IMG/VR virus record: IMGVR_UViG_642555139_000003
Reading direction: 5' to 3' (one strand)
Origin: a virus
Length of the DNA: 64,000 nt
Part shown: in pieces, positions 46,631 to 56,400 of the stretch
Numbering within the stretch: position 1 is the stretch's first letter
Layout of the letters: every line of letters begins with the position of its first letter
Notes under the pieces: model-generated
Told to the model about the DNA's origin: nothing
The model's database searches: none
Seen by the model: the letters and a program-made list of their open reading frames with translations, nothing else
Translations under genes and position numbers: made by a program

Positions 46631-46675
46631 AACCGCAGTGATGCAGGTTCGTGGTCACTCACCACGGACATCGCC

Positions 46676-46822
46676 ATGGATTTCCCTGTCTCTGCCGCCG
46701 TCGCCATCGGAGCCGGGCTGCTGCTGCCTCACATCTTCTGGGGCACGCTCCCCGGCACGGCGGTGCTTGCCGAGGCGTTTCTCGCTGGCGCTCTCGTCCG
46801 CATCGTTTGGCTGGCTCGCTGA
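46676..46822 (+). CDS. Small membrane protein (48 aa)
   Basis: Hydrophobic ORF whose TGA overlaps the next ATG. Confidence 0.55.
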   Translation: MDFPVSAAVAIGAGLLLPHIFWGTLPGTAVLAEAFLAGALVRIVWLAR

Positions 46823-47877
46823 TGCAGCCGGTCATCCCGCACGAGGGCCACGAGCCCGGCGTCTACTTCGGCATGTCCGAGGACGCGTACCACTCGGATC
46901 CAGCGATCGGCTCCACCGACATCCGCAAGCTCCTGACGGCGCCCAGCGAGTTTCACTACAGCTGGGCGGGCAACCCTGAGCGCGAGCAGCAGGAGGAGAC
47001 CGAGGCCCTGACCTTCGGCCACGCCGTGCACCGGCTGGTCCTCGAAGGGACGCAGGCATTCCTCGCCGAGTATGCCCCGAAGCCCGATGGTCCGGATGTG
47101 CTCGTCACCGCCGACGACATGAAGGGCTGGTTGAAGGCACGCGGCCTGCTCGACAAGGGCACGAAGGAGGCCATGGCGGATCGCATCCTGGCGATCGATC
47201 CGAGCGTGAAGATCCAGGACGTCATTCTCGCCGAGCACAAGCGCAACGGCCGAAAGATCCTGAGCGATGCCGCCTATCGCCGGATCATGCTGGCCTCGGC
47301 CTACATCACGAAGAACCCGCACCTCGCGCGGTCATTCTCCGGCGGGCAGAGCGAGGTGTCGGTCTTCTGGATCCGCCGCGGCATCCGAATGAAGTGCCGT
47401 TTCGATTACCTGCGGGTCATCAAATGGCAGGACCGCCGGACCGCGGTCATCAGCGACCTGAAGAGCTTCGGTAGCCGGATCAAGCCCGGCCAATCGCTGG
47501 CGCAGTCGGTCACCGAGGCGGCTGGCGGCTACCGGCATCAGCCGGCCCACTACATGGACGGCCTTGGGCACGCCAAGCGGCTGATCCGCGACGGTCTCGT
47601 GCACGGCAGCGTCGACCTCGATTGGCTACAGCGGGTCCAGACGTCGGAGGCGATGCTCTTCGCCTTCGTCTTCTACAAGTCGGCCGGCAGCCCCTACGCG
47701 CAGGCGAAGCTCCTGCAGCGTCAGAACCCGATCCTCGAGAGTGCCCGCGCCGACATCGAGAGCGCGCTCGACACCTTCGCGACCTACCACAACCACTTCG
47801 GTGCGGCCGGCCCGTGGGTGACGCTCGATCCTCCCGAGGAACTCTCGATCGAGGAGTTGCCGCGATGGATGCTGTGA
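46822..47877 (+). CDS. PD-(D/E)XK exonuclease VIII-like (DUF3799-type) recombination nuclease
   Basis: YHSDPAIGST, FGHAVH, EVSVFW, KCRFDYL and SDLKS motifs. Confidence 0.85.
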   Translation: MQPVIPHEGHEPGVYFGMSEDAYHSDPAIGSTDIRKLLTAPSEFHYSWAGNPEREQQEETEALTFGHAVHRLVLEGTQAFLAEYAPKPDGPDVLVTADDMKGWLKARGLLDKGTKEAMADRILAIDPSVKIQDVILAEHKRNGRKILSDAAYRRIMLASAYITKNPHLARSFSGGQSEVSVFWIRRGIRMKCRFDYLRVIKWQDRRTAVISDLKSFGSRIKPGQSLAQSVTEAAGGYRHQPAHYMDGLGHAKRLIRDGLVHGSVDLDWLQRVQTSEAMLFAFVFYKSAGSPYAQAKLLQRQNPILESARADIESALDTFATYHNHFGAAGPWVTLDPPEELSIEELPRWML

Positions 47878-48287
47878 AGCCTGGAAGCTGGATCACCTAC
47901 GCCGAAGGGGCGGAGCTGCTGGGCATCTCCTACGGCACCTTCGGCGCGCGTGCCCGACGGGCGCAACTCAAGAGCCGCGTCGAGGCTGGCTCTCTCCAGG
48001 TCTGCCTCACGGCCGCGTTCCTGAGCCAGTACGTGCAGCAACCGCAGGCGCCCGCGCCGGACAGCAACGCCGGAATCGCCTCGTGGCTCGATGGTCTCGC
48101 CGATCGCGCGGACGCGTCGGCCGAAGATCTTGCTCGCGAGGCCGGAGAGATGAACGCAGTCGGCGAGGACCGAGCCGGCGCGGCAGGCCTGAGCGCCGCC
48201 GTCGTCATGGGATGCCTCGCGCTGCTGCTGCGCGCCGGCGCCGAGACCCTTTCAGCCCCCCAAGAGGATGCCTCCGATGTACGATGA
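47865..48287 (+). CDS. HTH DNA-binding protein
   Basis: WITYAEGAELLGIS N-terminal HTH. Confidence 0.6.
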   Translation: MDAVKPGSWITYAEGAELLGISYGTFGARARRAQLKSRVEAGSLQVCLTAAFLSQYVQQPQAPAPDSNAGIASWLDGLADRADASAEDLAREAGEMNAVGEDRAGAAGLSAAVVMGCLALLLRAGAETLSAPQEDASDVR

Positions 48288-50034
48288 GGATACCGGCGTC
48301 GTCGCCGACTACGACCTGAAGAGCGGACAGGTCACCAGCCTGCAGAAGACCGGCACCTATGCCGCGATGCGGGCCGCAATCGACGTGCAGATCTCGACCG
48401 CGAAGGCCTACCCACGCGCTCACCATCAGGTGGCGAAGAACCTGATCGCCTGGTGCGCGGGCGACACCGAGACCGCCGAGTCCTGCGTCTACTCCTTGCC
48501 CCGAGGCGGCAAGACGATCCGGGGCCCCTCCATCCGGTTCGCCGAAATCCTCACGCACGCTTGGGGGCACATGCGGGTCGATGCCCGCATCGTCGATGAG
48601 GGCCGCGATTTCATCGTGGTGCGCGGCGAGTGCCACGACCTCCAGAGCAACAACGTCTGGTCCCAGGACGTCACCCGGCGGATCACCGGCAGCAACGGGC
48701 GGCGCTACGACGCCGACCTGATTGGCGTGACGACCATGGCCGCAGCCTCGATCGCGCAGCGAGACAGCGTGCTGAAGTGCATCCCGGCCTTCATCTGGCG
48801 GCCCGCTTTCGACGCCTGCATGCAGCGGATCGTCGGCGACGTGAAGACGCTGTCCGACCGCCGCATCAAGGCCGTCGGCCAGTATTCGATTCTCGGCGTC
48901 CAGGCCGAGCAGGTGTTCAAGAAGCTGGGGGTCGCGTCGATCAACGACATCACGGCCGACCACCTCGTCGACCTGATCGGCACCTTCAACGCCATCCGAG
49001 AACAGCACACCACGGTGGAGGCTGAATTTGGCGAACAACGGATCACCACGCGTTCCCTCGGCGGCTCTCCGCTCGGCGCGGCGGAAGATGAAGGCAATGA
49101 TGAAGCCGCTCCCGCCGCGGCCGAGCCCGCGGCTGAAACCGAACGTCCCGCTGCAACCCAGCCTCAAGCCGCCAAGGATCCGGAACCCGCTGCAGGCGGT
49201 GATGCTCCTGATGGTGCTCGCCGTCGTGGAGCCGCCGATCCCAATAAGAAGGCTCAGCGGCAGACCCGCAGCCAAAGGGCCGGCGGCGACGCTGAAGCTG
49301 ACATGGTGCGGGAGGCCTCCCGTCCCACCCCGGCTGCCGAATCACCTGCAGCGCAGTCGCAGCAGAAGCCCGCGGCAGCGGAAGCGCAGCCGTCCAAGCC
49401 GGCAGCGGAGATGACGACGGCCGCGTCGCCCACCAACGCGGAGAGCGAGACCAAACCGCAGGGGCGCTACCTCGATCCGAAGGGAGGCACCTCGGCGCAG
49501 TCCCTGCTCCGGTATTGGGAGAACGACTGCAACGCCTGCACCACGGTCGATCAGCTCAAGGCCCTCGCCGTCCGTTACGGACCGCAGTTCGAGGGCAAGC
49601 TGAATGAGGAGCAGGAGGAGGAATCCCGAGACACCTACGAGGCCTCGAAGGAGCGTATCGAGAAGGAGGAAGCCGAGCGCAAACGCCGTGAGGCGGCCGA
49701 GGCCTACGAGCGGGCGCAGAACGGCGATGACCCGCCCCCCTCCGCGGGGGAGGGGGAGGCTGCGGCCTCCAGCGACGAAGCGAAGCCGGCCGAGCCGGCG
49801 GCAGTGCGCTCGCCCATGATCGATCGCTGCGCCGACATGGCGCCGAACAACGCCGAGCACCGCAAGCAGTGGGAATGGATCGTCGAGCAACTCGACGCCG
49901 CGACCACCAAGCAGGGTGTGATGGATCGGTACGCCGAGCTGGAGAAGGAAGGCGAGATCGGCAAGCTGCCGGAGGATGCGGCGCTGAACGCGCGGACGGC
50001 CCGGTTCCGCATCAAGCAGTCGAAGGCCTCCTGA
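48277..50034 (+). CDS. Putative ssDNA-annealing/recombination protein with a long low-complexity C-terminus
   Basis: Conserved phage domain (YSLPRGGKTIRGPSIRFAE) located next to the exonuclease. Function is inferred from context. Confidence 0.55.
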   Translation: MYDEDTGVVADYDLKSGQVTSLQKTGTYAAMRAAIDVQISTAKAYPRAHHQVAKNLIAWCAGDTETAESCVYSLPRGGKTIRGPSIRFAEILTHAWGHMRVDARIVDEGRDFIVVRGECHDLQSNNVWSQDVTRRITGSNGRRYDADLIGVTTMAAASIAQRDSVLKCIPAFIWRPAFDACMQRIVGDVKTLSDRRIKAVGQYSILGVQAEQVFKKLGVASINDITADHLVDLIGTFNAIREQHTTVEAEFGEQRITTRSLGGSPLGAAEDEGNDEAAPAAAEPAAETERPAATQPQAAKDPEPAAGGDAPDGARRRGAADPNKKAQRQTRSQRAGGDAEADMVREASRPTPAAESPAAQSQQKPAAAEAQPSKPAAEMTTAASPTNAESETKPQGRYLDPKGGTSAQSLLRYWENDCNACTTVDQLKALAVRYGPQFEGKLNEEQEEESRDTYEASKERIEKEEAERKRREAAEAYERAQNGDDPPPSAGEGEAAASSDEAKPAEPAAVRSPMIDRCADMAPNNAEHRKQWEWIVEQLDAATTKQGVMDRYAELEKEGEIGKLPEDAALNARTARFRIKQSKAS

Positions 50035-50108
50035 GCCGGAAAGGCTGAGGCTTCCTCGGGCGCGGCGGCATCGACCCCGCGCCCGCCCCTCCGAACAATC
50101 TGGCGGCC

Positions 50109-50672
50109 ATGATCCTGACCTTCGACGTCGAGACGTCGGGCCTCATCATCCGCGATCGTCCGCTCGACGATCCCGCTCAGCCGCGGATGGTGCAGCTCGG
50201 CTTCACCGTGCACACGCCGGATCGGCGGGTGGTGCACTCCTATAGCGCGCTGATCCGACCGGACGGCTGGGAGATCACGCCAGAGGCGCAGCGCGTCCAC
50301 GGGTTCAGCACCGAGGACTGCGGACGCTGGGGCGTCGATTCGAAGGTCGCGCTCCTGGATCTGGTCTCGGCGCTGAAGACCGCCCGAATCGCGGTGGCGC
50401 ACAACTTCGCCAACGATGCCGCGATCGCCCAGCGCGAGCTGAACATCCTGAAGGCTGCGGACGAAGGGTTCATGCGGGCTCGCCTGCGCCGGGTCTGCAC
50501 CATGCGGACCGGTGCGGCGCTCGTCCAGGACGGGAAATGGCCCACGCTCGGGCGGCTGCACAAGCTGCTCGCCGGCCATGAGCACGAGGGCGCGCATGAC
50601 GCCCTCGGCGACGCGCAAGCCACCGCGCGGTGTTTCTGGGGCTTGGTCGATAGGAAGGTCATCGAGCTATGA
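50109..50672 (+). CDS. DEDDh 3'-5' exonuclease (DnaQ-like)
   Basis: FDVETSG, AHNFAND and HDALGD motifs. Confidence 0.9.
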   Translation: MILTFDVETSGLIIRDRPLDDPAQPRMVQLGFTVHTPDRRVVHSYSALIRPDGWEITPEAQRVHGFSTEDCGRWGVDSKVALLDLVSALKTARIAVAHNFANDAAIAQRELNILKAADEGFMRARLRRVCTMRTGAALVQDGKWPTLGRLHKLLAGHEHEGAHDALGDAQATARCFWGLVDRKVIEL

Positions 50673-51214
50673 AGATCACGGAACAAGCTGCCCGCGAGAT
50701 CGCGGCGGCAGGCGAACTCTCGGACAAGATCGACCGACTCCTCGAGGAGTCGGGGCTCAGCTGGGGCGTGATGAGCGTGGCGCTCGCGACAGCGATCGCG
50801 GGCGCGGTGCACGCCTCCAGCGATAACCCGGGGAAGCGCCGCCGCATCATCAACGACACGCATGCTCTGGCGCGGCAGCTGCTCGTCGACCTGAACGCTC
50901 AGTCCTTCTCCGACGACGTGAAGGGCAAGATGGTCGACATCATCACCGAGGCCAGCAGCAGGGCGTGGGCCGGCAACCGGGAACGACAGTCCGAGATCGT
51001 CGATCGGATGCTGGCGGCGGCAAGCGGCGAGACGCGCATCGACGTGGCCGCGGCGGCAGAGACAATTCTCGCCAACCTGGTGTGCGATCGAGCTTCGTCG
51101 CTCGAGTCGGCGGAACGCGGCCTGCAGGCTGTTCTCGGCGACTTGCGCCGTGTGGCGATCGAGCGCTTCTCCTCCGGCCTGCACGCGGCGTCCGATGCCC
51201 AAGGCACCGCTTGA
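50669..51214 (+). CDS. Hypothetical protein
   Basis: Overlapping start in the operon. Confidence 0.65.
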   Translation: MKITEQAAREIAAAGELSDKIDRLLEESGLSWGVMSVALATAIAGAVHASSDNPGKRRRIINDTHALARQLLVDLNAQSFSDDVKGKMVDIITEASSRAWAGNRERQSEIVDRMLAAASGETRIDVAAAAETILANLVCDRASSLESAERGLQAVLGDLRRVAIERFSSGLHAASDAQGTA

Positions 51215-51647
51215 TCCGGATGAGCGCCCCGCGCGGAAGGATCCCCCTGACCGGCTGAAGACTGAGATCTTCGTCCGGCAGGGCGGGCGCTGCTACCTAT
51301 CCGGCAAGCGCCTGCCCTCGATCCATCATTGCGAGTGGCATCATATCCCCGGCCTCGGGGTCCGACCCGTCCGAGCCGACGGCAGCGACTATGAGCCCGC
51401 TCAGCTCGATCCTGAGTACCTGTTCGCCGTGCTGCCCGCGGACCATGACGAGGCGACCAACGGGCCTCGCGTCGAGAAGAAGCACCTCCTGCGCAAGGAC
51501 CACGACAAGGCCAAGGCCAGCCGGACCAAGGATCTGCGCGCCTCTCACCGTGAGCACGTGCGGTTCATGGAGGAAAAAAAGCCGGGACAAAAGCGGCCGA
51601 AAAGCGGGCGCTGGCCTAAACGCGATTTTCCGCGACGCAGCAAATAG
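51195..51647 (+). CDS. Degenerate HNH-like protein
   Basis: QGGRCYLSG..EWHHIP...PADH pattern. Confidence 0.55.
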   Translation: MPKAPLDPDERPARKDPPDRLKTEIFVRQGGRCYLSGKRLPSIHHCEWHHIPGLGVRPVRADGSDYEPAQLDPEYLFAVLPADHDEATNGPRVEKKHLLRKDHDKAKASRTKDLRASHREHVRFMEEKKPGQKRPKSGRWPKRDFPRRSK

Positions 51648-52058
51648 ACTGCGATGCGTTGAAGAAAAAACGCCAGAACCTGCTGATCATGGGTTGCGAC
51701 CCGCTGAGGATCATGCTTCTATCGCGTTGACGGTTTGACGCAAACGACGAGCGCAGATCGCAGCGTAAGCGACAGCGGAAGCCCGCGTTGCAGATAGTAT
51801 CCAGAGACATTCGAGCCAGTCACGGCCAGCGAACCCCTCGGCTTTTGGGGTTGCTGTCCTAAACCTCTCGGTGTGTTCTGTGAGAACGAACGCGGAACAA
51901 GAGGCTGATTCATGCCCGGCAGCAAAACCAGCGGTCTTCATTTCTCCCTGACCAGGCATGGCCCGGTCCGGTCGTGCCTGGTCCCCGCAGAGCAGTCAGC
52001 AGCCGCTGATGGTTTGTCGTCGCCCATCTTCGTCGACGCTTGTGCTGGAGAGCAGCCT

Positions 52059-52337
52059 GTGAGCGCACCGGTTCAGCCTCCGTCCCCGGCCGAAGAGCTT
52101 GCTCGCAGCATCGTGGCGGTCATCGGCACCCATCAGGCCGGTCGGCGCGCCAACGGCCACAATGCCCGCGAGGTCGTGGACGCATTGGCGATCGCCGCTT
52201 CGCAGCTGCTGTCCGGCTACGCCCTGAACCTGCCGGCCGGTACCGACCTGGTGCAGGCACTCGTCGACAAGATCCAGGAGCACTCCCGCGGCTTGGCTGG
52301 TCCGGGGACGTCCAAGCCCCGCAGCCCGACGCACTGA
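52059..52337 (+). CDS. Hypothetical protein
   Basis: GTG after GGAG. Confidence 0.55.
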   Translation: MSAPVQPPSPAEELARSIVAVIGTHQAGRRANGHNAREVVDALAIAASQLLSGYALNLPAGTDLVQALVDKIQEHSRGLAGPGTSKPRSPTH

Positions 52338-52353
52338 TCCGGGGGAGGAGCCC

Positions 52354-52905
52354 ATGCCGGATATGGTCGACGAGGCGCCGGTCTGTGCGCCCTGCAGGAG
52401 GATGACCCGGCTGGTGTCTGGTCGCCAGATCTACGGGCACCGCCCGGATCTCTGGGAGAAGCCGATCTACGTCTGCGACGGCTGCGGCGCCTACGTCGGT
52501 TGCCACGAGGGGACGGCCAAGCCCCTCGGGACGCCGGCGGGCCCTCAGCTGCGGGACGCTCGCATCAAGCTGCACGAGCGGATGATCGATCCGCTCTGGG
52601 AGACCGCGGACGTCAGCGGCCTCTACGTGCCCGAGGACGAGCAGGCCCGGAAAGTGATCCGGTTCGCCGCTCGGGGCCGGGTCTACGCCTTCCTCGCCCA
52701 TCGCATGGGCCTGACCAAGGAGCAGACGCACGTCTCGCTCTTCGACCTGGAGCAGTGCCGCGCCGCGTGGCGAGCCCTCCAGGGCGTCACCTACCCCGAG
52801 ATTCGCGAGTGGGCCCGCGCGCAGCCGAAGCCGGTGCGTGTCCGCAAGTCGAAGGCCGTCCCCTCAGCAGAAGGAGAACCGCAGCATGCAGATCAAGTCC
52901 AATAA
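52354..52905 (+). CDS. DUF3268-family zinc-finger protein
   Basis: CAPC, VCDGCGAYVGCHEGT.KPLG and DPLW motifs. Confidence 0.85.
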   Translation: MPDMVDEAPVCAPCRRMTRLVSGRQIYGHRPDLWEKPIYVCDGCGAYVGCHEGTAKPLGTPAGPQLRDARIKLHERMIDPLWETADVSGLYVPEDEQARKVIRFAARGRVYAFLAHRMGLTKEQTHVSLFDLEQCRAAWRALQGVTYPEIREWARAQPKPVRVRKSKAVPSAEGEPQHADQVQ

Positions 52906-53287
52906 GGCCGCAACCGATATCGATGTCCGCATTGGGCAGCGTATCGCCGCGTTGCGGGTGAATCGGCGGATGAGCCAGACGGAGCTGGGCACCGCGATCG
53001 GCGTCACCTTCCAGCAGGTGCAGAAGTACGAGAAGGGCCGCAACCGTGTCGGGGGCGGCCGGCTGCAGCAGATCGCGACGGCGCTCGGCGTGCGGGTCAG
53101 CGACTTCTACGGGGATGAGCAGCCTGCGGGTGGCGACGCGACGGTCGTCTTCGACCTGCTCCGCGACCCGCACGGCATCCGGATCGCTCGCGCGCTCCAG
53201 AGCGCCAACAGCGCCGAGGCCCGGAACGCGATCGTTGGTGTCGTCGAGGCGGTGGCTTCGAGCTTCGCGAGGCCCGTCGCGGCATGA
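52886..53287 (+). CDS. XRE-family HTH regulator
   Basis: SQTELGTAIGVTFQQVQKYEKGRNRV. Confidence 0.9.
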   Translation: MQIKSNKAATDIDVRIGQRIAALRVNRRMSQTELGTAIGVTFQQVQKYEKGRNRVGGGRLQQIATALGVRVSDFYGDEQPAGGDATVVFDLLRDPHGIRIARALQSANSAEARNAIVGVVEAVASSFARPVAA

Positions 53288-53688
53288 GATCCGAGGCGCC
53301 CTCCATCACCCCCGCCCGCGATGCGGCGGAAAGCGCCATCGAGGCGATGAAGGCTCGCATGGCGGTGAAGCCGACGGCTTCGGAGATCGATGCGCTCGGC
53401 ATCAAGCTTCAGATCGACCTGACCAGTACCTTGGTCCGCTATCTCGGCGACATGTCGGATCGTAGCGCGGAGACCACCGGCGTCTTCTCTATGATCGAAG
53501 CTGCCTTGGCGGGCGGTATCTCGTCCGTTTTATTAAGTTTCACGGGCGGTGACCGCAGCCGGTCTTTGGATCTGCTGGTGCCGCTGATCGAAGACCTTTC
53601 GACCATGTCGGCCAAGCGAATCGGCGCGACCGACGATTGGGAGGTCAGGCGCTCGGCGAAGCCACAGTCGTCCGGCGGTCGTGCGTGA
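53284..53688 (+). CDS. Hypothetical protein
   Basis: Overlapping stop/start. Confidence 0.65.
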   Translation: MRSEAPSITPARDAAESAIEAMKARMAVKPTASEIDALGIKLQIDLTSTLVRYLGDMSDRSAETTGVFSMIEAALAGGISSVLLSFTGGDRSRSLDLLVPLIEDLSTMSAKRIGATDDWEVRRSAKPQSSGGRA

Positions 53689-54041
53689 TGTCCGCCCCAG
53701 CGCTGACCGACGCGAATGTGGTCGGCGCGCTGATCGCCCGAAGCCGTAAGGCCAAGGGCGTCTTCCAGTCCGAGCTGGCCCAGGTGCTCTCTGTGCAGCA
53801 GACCTGGATCAGCAGGATGGAGCGCGGGCTCGTCGAGCCAACCCCGACCCAGCTGCTCGCCATCTGCGACCGGCTCGAAATCGACCCGGAGACCTTCGCT
53901 GGCCTCCCGCTGCTGACCCGCTCGGACGACGAGCGCCTGATCCTCGCCGCCTACCGCCGAATCCGGACGGAGAGCGCCCGCGAGGATGCCATCCGCATCA
54001 TCAACTCCATCGGTGCTTTGCAGGAGAACGCGTCATGCTGA
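53688..54041 (+). CDS. XRE-family HTH regulator
   Basis: QSELAQVLSVQQTWISRMERG. Confidence 0.85.
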   Translation: MSAPALTDANVVGALIARSRKAKGVFQSELAQVLSVQQTWISRMERGLVEPTPTQLLAICDRLEIDPETFAGLPLLTRSDDERLILAAYRRIRTESAREDAIRIINSIGALQENASC

Positions 54042-54394
54042 CCGCGGCTGACATCGGAGGGTTCGACCTACCGGCTTTAACCCGCCGGTTGGAGGCTGCG
54101 GCCCTGCATCAGGATCGCTGCCGGCGCCGAGGCGCAGGTTTCGACCTGCCGAAGAATTTCCGCGCCACGGCGATCGACGTCACTGCGATGGACGAGCACG
54201 CCGCCTCGATCGCGGAGGGCGCACGCTTCGTCGCGCTGGTACACCGGCTGAGCCTCGACGATTCGACCCGCCGCCCGGCGCCCGTGATCCGCCTCGTACC
54301 GGCTCAGGAGCAGCCTGCAGCGCCGGCCCCGAAATCGCCCCGCCTCTTCAGCCGCGCCCTGGCTCGTCTGTGGCCCGCACGCGAGGTCGCGTGA
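54035..54394 (+). CDS. Hypothetical protein
   Basis: Overlapping ORF in the operon. Confidence 0.55.
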   Translation: MLTAADIGGFDLPALTRRLEAAALHQDRCRRRGAGFDLPKNFRATAIDVTAMDEHAASIAEGARFVALVHRLSLDDSTRRPAPVIRLVPAQEQPAAPAPKSPRLFSRALARLWPAREVA

Positions 54395-56400
54395 TGGCGA
54401 TGCCTCTTATCGCGGGCGGCCCGCGCCCGGTGAGGAAGCGGAAGGTGCTCGTCGCTGATCTGCTCTGCGGCGCCGGCGGCTCTTCGACAGGATGTCAGCG
54501 GGCATTGGCCGAACTCGGCCTGGAGATGGAACTCGTCTGCGTCAATCACTGGCCGGTGGCGATCGCCACGCACGAGCGCAATCATCCCGCCGCGCGGCAC
54601 TATGTTCAGGACATCGCGACCGTGCGGCCGCACCTCCTGGTGCCCGAGGGCTACCTCGACTTGCTGATGGCGTCGCCGACCTGCACGCACCATTCGGTTG
54701 CGCGCGGAGGCAAACCGACCTCGGATCAGCAGCGCTCCGATCCCTGGCACATCATCACTTGGCTCACCGAGCTGCGGGTGAAGCGCGTCATCATCGAAAA
54801 CGTTTGGGAGTTCATCGGCTGGGGGCCGGTCGACCACCGCACGGGCAAGCCGGTCGCGTCCCGCAAGGGCGAGTATTTCCGCGCGTGGATCGACACCATC
54901 AAGCGCCTCGGCTTCGCGCCCGAGTGGAGGAAGCTGAACGCGGCCGACTATGGGGATGCCACGACCCGCTCGCGGTTCATCCTCATGGCGCGGTCCGACC
55001 GGAAGCGCCTTGTCTGGCCGGTCGCGACGCACCGCCGCCGCGACGCTACCGCGGACCTGTTCTCGGGCGCAAAGCCATGGCACCCGGCGCGCGAGATCAT
55101 CGACTGGTCGATTCCAGGCCGCTCGATCTTCGATCGCAAGAAGGCGCTGGCGCCGAAGACGCTCGCCCGCATCTATGCTGGTGCGCTGAAGTTCCGCTGG
55201 CCGGAGCCGTTCCTCGTCGTCCTTCGCAACCACATGGCTGCGCAAGGCATGGACGTGCCGCTGCCGGCGATTACGGCCGGAGGCCAGCACATCGGTCTCG
55301 CGCAACCGGTGCTCATCAAGCAGAATTTCCGCCGGGACGTGCAGGGCGTCGACCAGCCCGCGCCAACGGTGATGACCCAAGCTCGCGTCGGTCTCGCTGA
55401 GCCGATCATCGTCAACATGAAGGGGCGTTCGACCGCCTCCAGCTCCAGCGATCCCCTTCCGACGCAGACTGCCCACGCGCCGCATCTCTTCTCGGCAGAG
55501 CCGTTCGTCATGGCGCCAGGCAGCACGGGCGCGCCGCGAGCGACCGATGCACCGCTCCCCACCATCACGACAGGCGGGGCTGGCTCCGAAGATCCCGGGT
55601 GCGCCCGGCCGATGCTGATCGAGCCCTTCGTGTTGTCGGCCGCCCACGGCGTAGATGCAGACGAGGTTGATCCGCACCGTCGGCGGACGAAGAGCGTCGA
55701 GGAGCCGCTCGGCACCGTTCATGCCGGAGGCGGCAACTTCGGGATCGTCGAGCCCTTCGTCTTCTCCCGCCATGCCGAGGGCGCGCCGCGCTCGATCGAC
55801 GAGCCGACGCCGACGCAGGTCGCGAAGCACTCGCACGTCCTGATCTCGCCCTATTACGGGTCCGGCAGCGGTGAGACCTGCACCGAGGCCGAGGCCCCGC
55901 TGCCGACCGTCACGTCCAAGGGCCGGTTCGGCATGGTCGTGCCGGTCACGCAGACGAACGGCGGGGCCACCGCTCGCGACGTGGCCGACCCGGTCCCGAC
56001 GATGACCACGGCCAAGGGCGGGGAGTTCGCCGTGGTGATGCCGCTGACGCATCACGACGGGAGCGACCGGGCTCGCGACGCCGCGGTTGACCCGATCCCG
56101 ACCGTCACCACCGCGCACCGCGGCGAGCTGGCCGTCATCACCGGGATCGGCCTCAGCGGAGAGGTCGAGCGCTACGACATCCTGTTTCGGATGCTGGAGC
56201 CGCACGAACTGGCCGCGGCCATGGGCTTCAACACCGAGGATGCCCGCTACGAGTTCACGGGCACCAAGACGGAGCAGATCAAGCAGATCGGCAACGCCGT
56301 CTCGGTCTCGAAGATGCGGGCCTGCGTCGCCGCCATCATGGCCGATGCCGCACCGAGCCGCTCCGAGCCTTCGCCGGTCAATCTCTGGGCCGCGGAGTGA
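54394..56400 (+). CDS. DNA (cytosine-5) methyltransferase with a repeat-rich variable region
   Basis: Motif I DLLCGAGG, IV SPTC, VI ENV, VIII RSRF and X QIGNAV. Confidence 0.9.
   Translation: MAMPLIAGGPRPVRKRKVLVADLLCGAGGSSTGCQRALAELGLEMELVCVNHWPVAIATHERNHPAARHYVQDIATVRPHLLVPEGYLDLLMASPTCTHHSVARGGKPTSDQQRSDPWHIITWLTELRVKRVIIENVWEFIGWGPVDHRTGKPVASRKGEYFRAWIDTIKRLGFAPEWRKLNAADYGDATTRSRFILMARSDRKRLVWPVATHRRRDATADLFSGAKPWHPAREIIDWSIPGRSIFDRKKALAPKTLARIYAGALKFRWPEPFLVVLRNHMAAQGMDVPLPAITAGGQHIGLAQPVLIKQNFRRDVQGVDQPAPTVMTQARVGLAEPIIVNMKGRSTASSSSDPLPTQTAHAPHLFSAEPFVMAPGSTGAPRATDAPLPTITTGGAGSEDPGCARPMLIEPFVLSAAHGVDADEVDPHRRRTKSVEEPLGTVHAGGGNFGIVEPFVFSRHAEGAPRSIDEPTPTQVAKHSHVLISPYYGSGSGETCTEAEAPLPTVTSKGRFGMVVPVTQTNGGATARDVADPVPTMTTAKGGEFAVVMPLTHHDGSDRARDAAVDPIPTVTTAHRGELAVITGIGLSGEVERYDILFRMLEPHELAAAMGFNTEDARYEFTGTKTEQIKQIGNAVSVSKMRACVAAIMADAAPSRSEPSPVNLWAAE

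Noticed and set aside
46075-46641. 188-aa plus-strand ORF as the CI repressor
   Set aside because: No HTH or S24 peptidase motifs, low-complexity composition, and it runs through a strong terminator.
46676-46822. Small TM ORFs (also 28455, 56397, 59523) as holins
   Set aside because: They are in early operons with no adjacent endolysin; the lysis cassette is probably left of the window.
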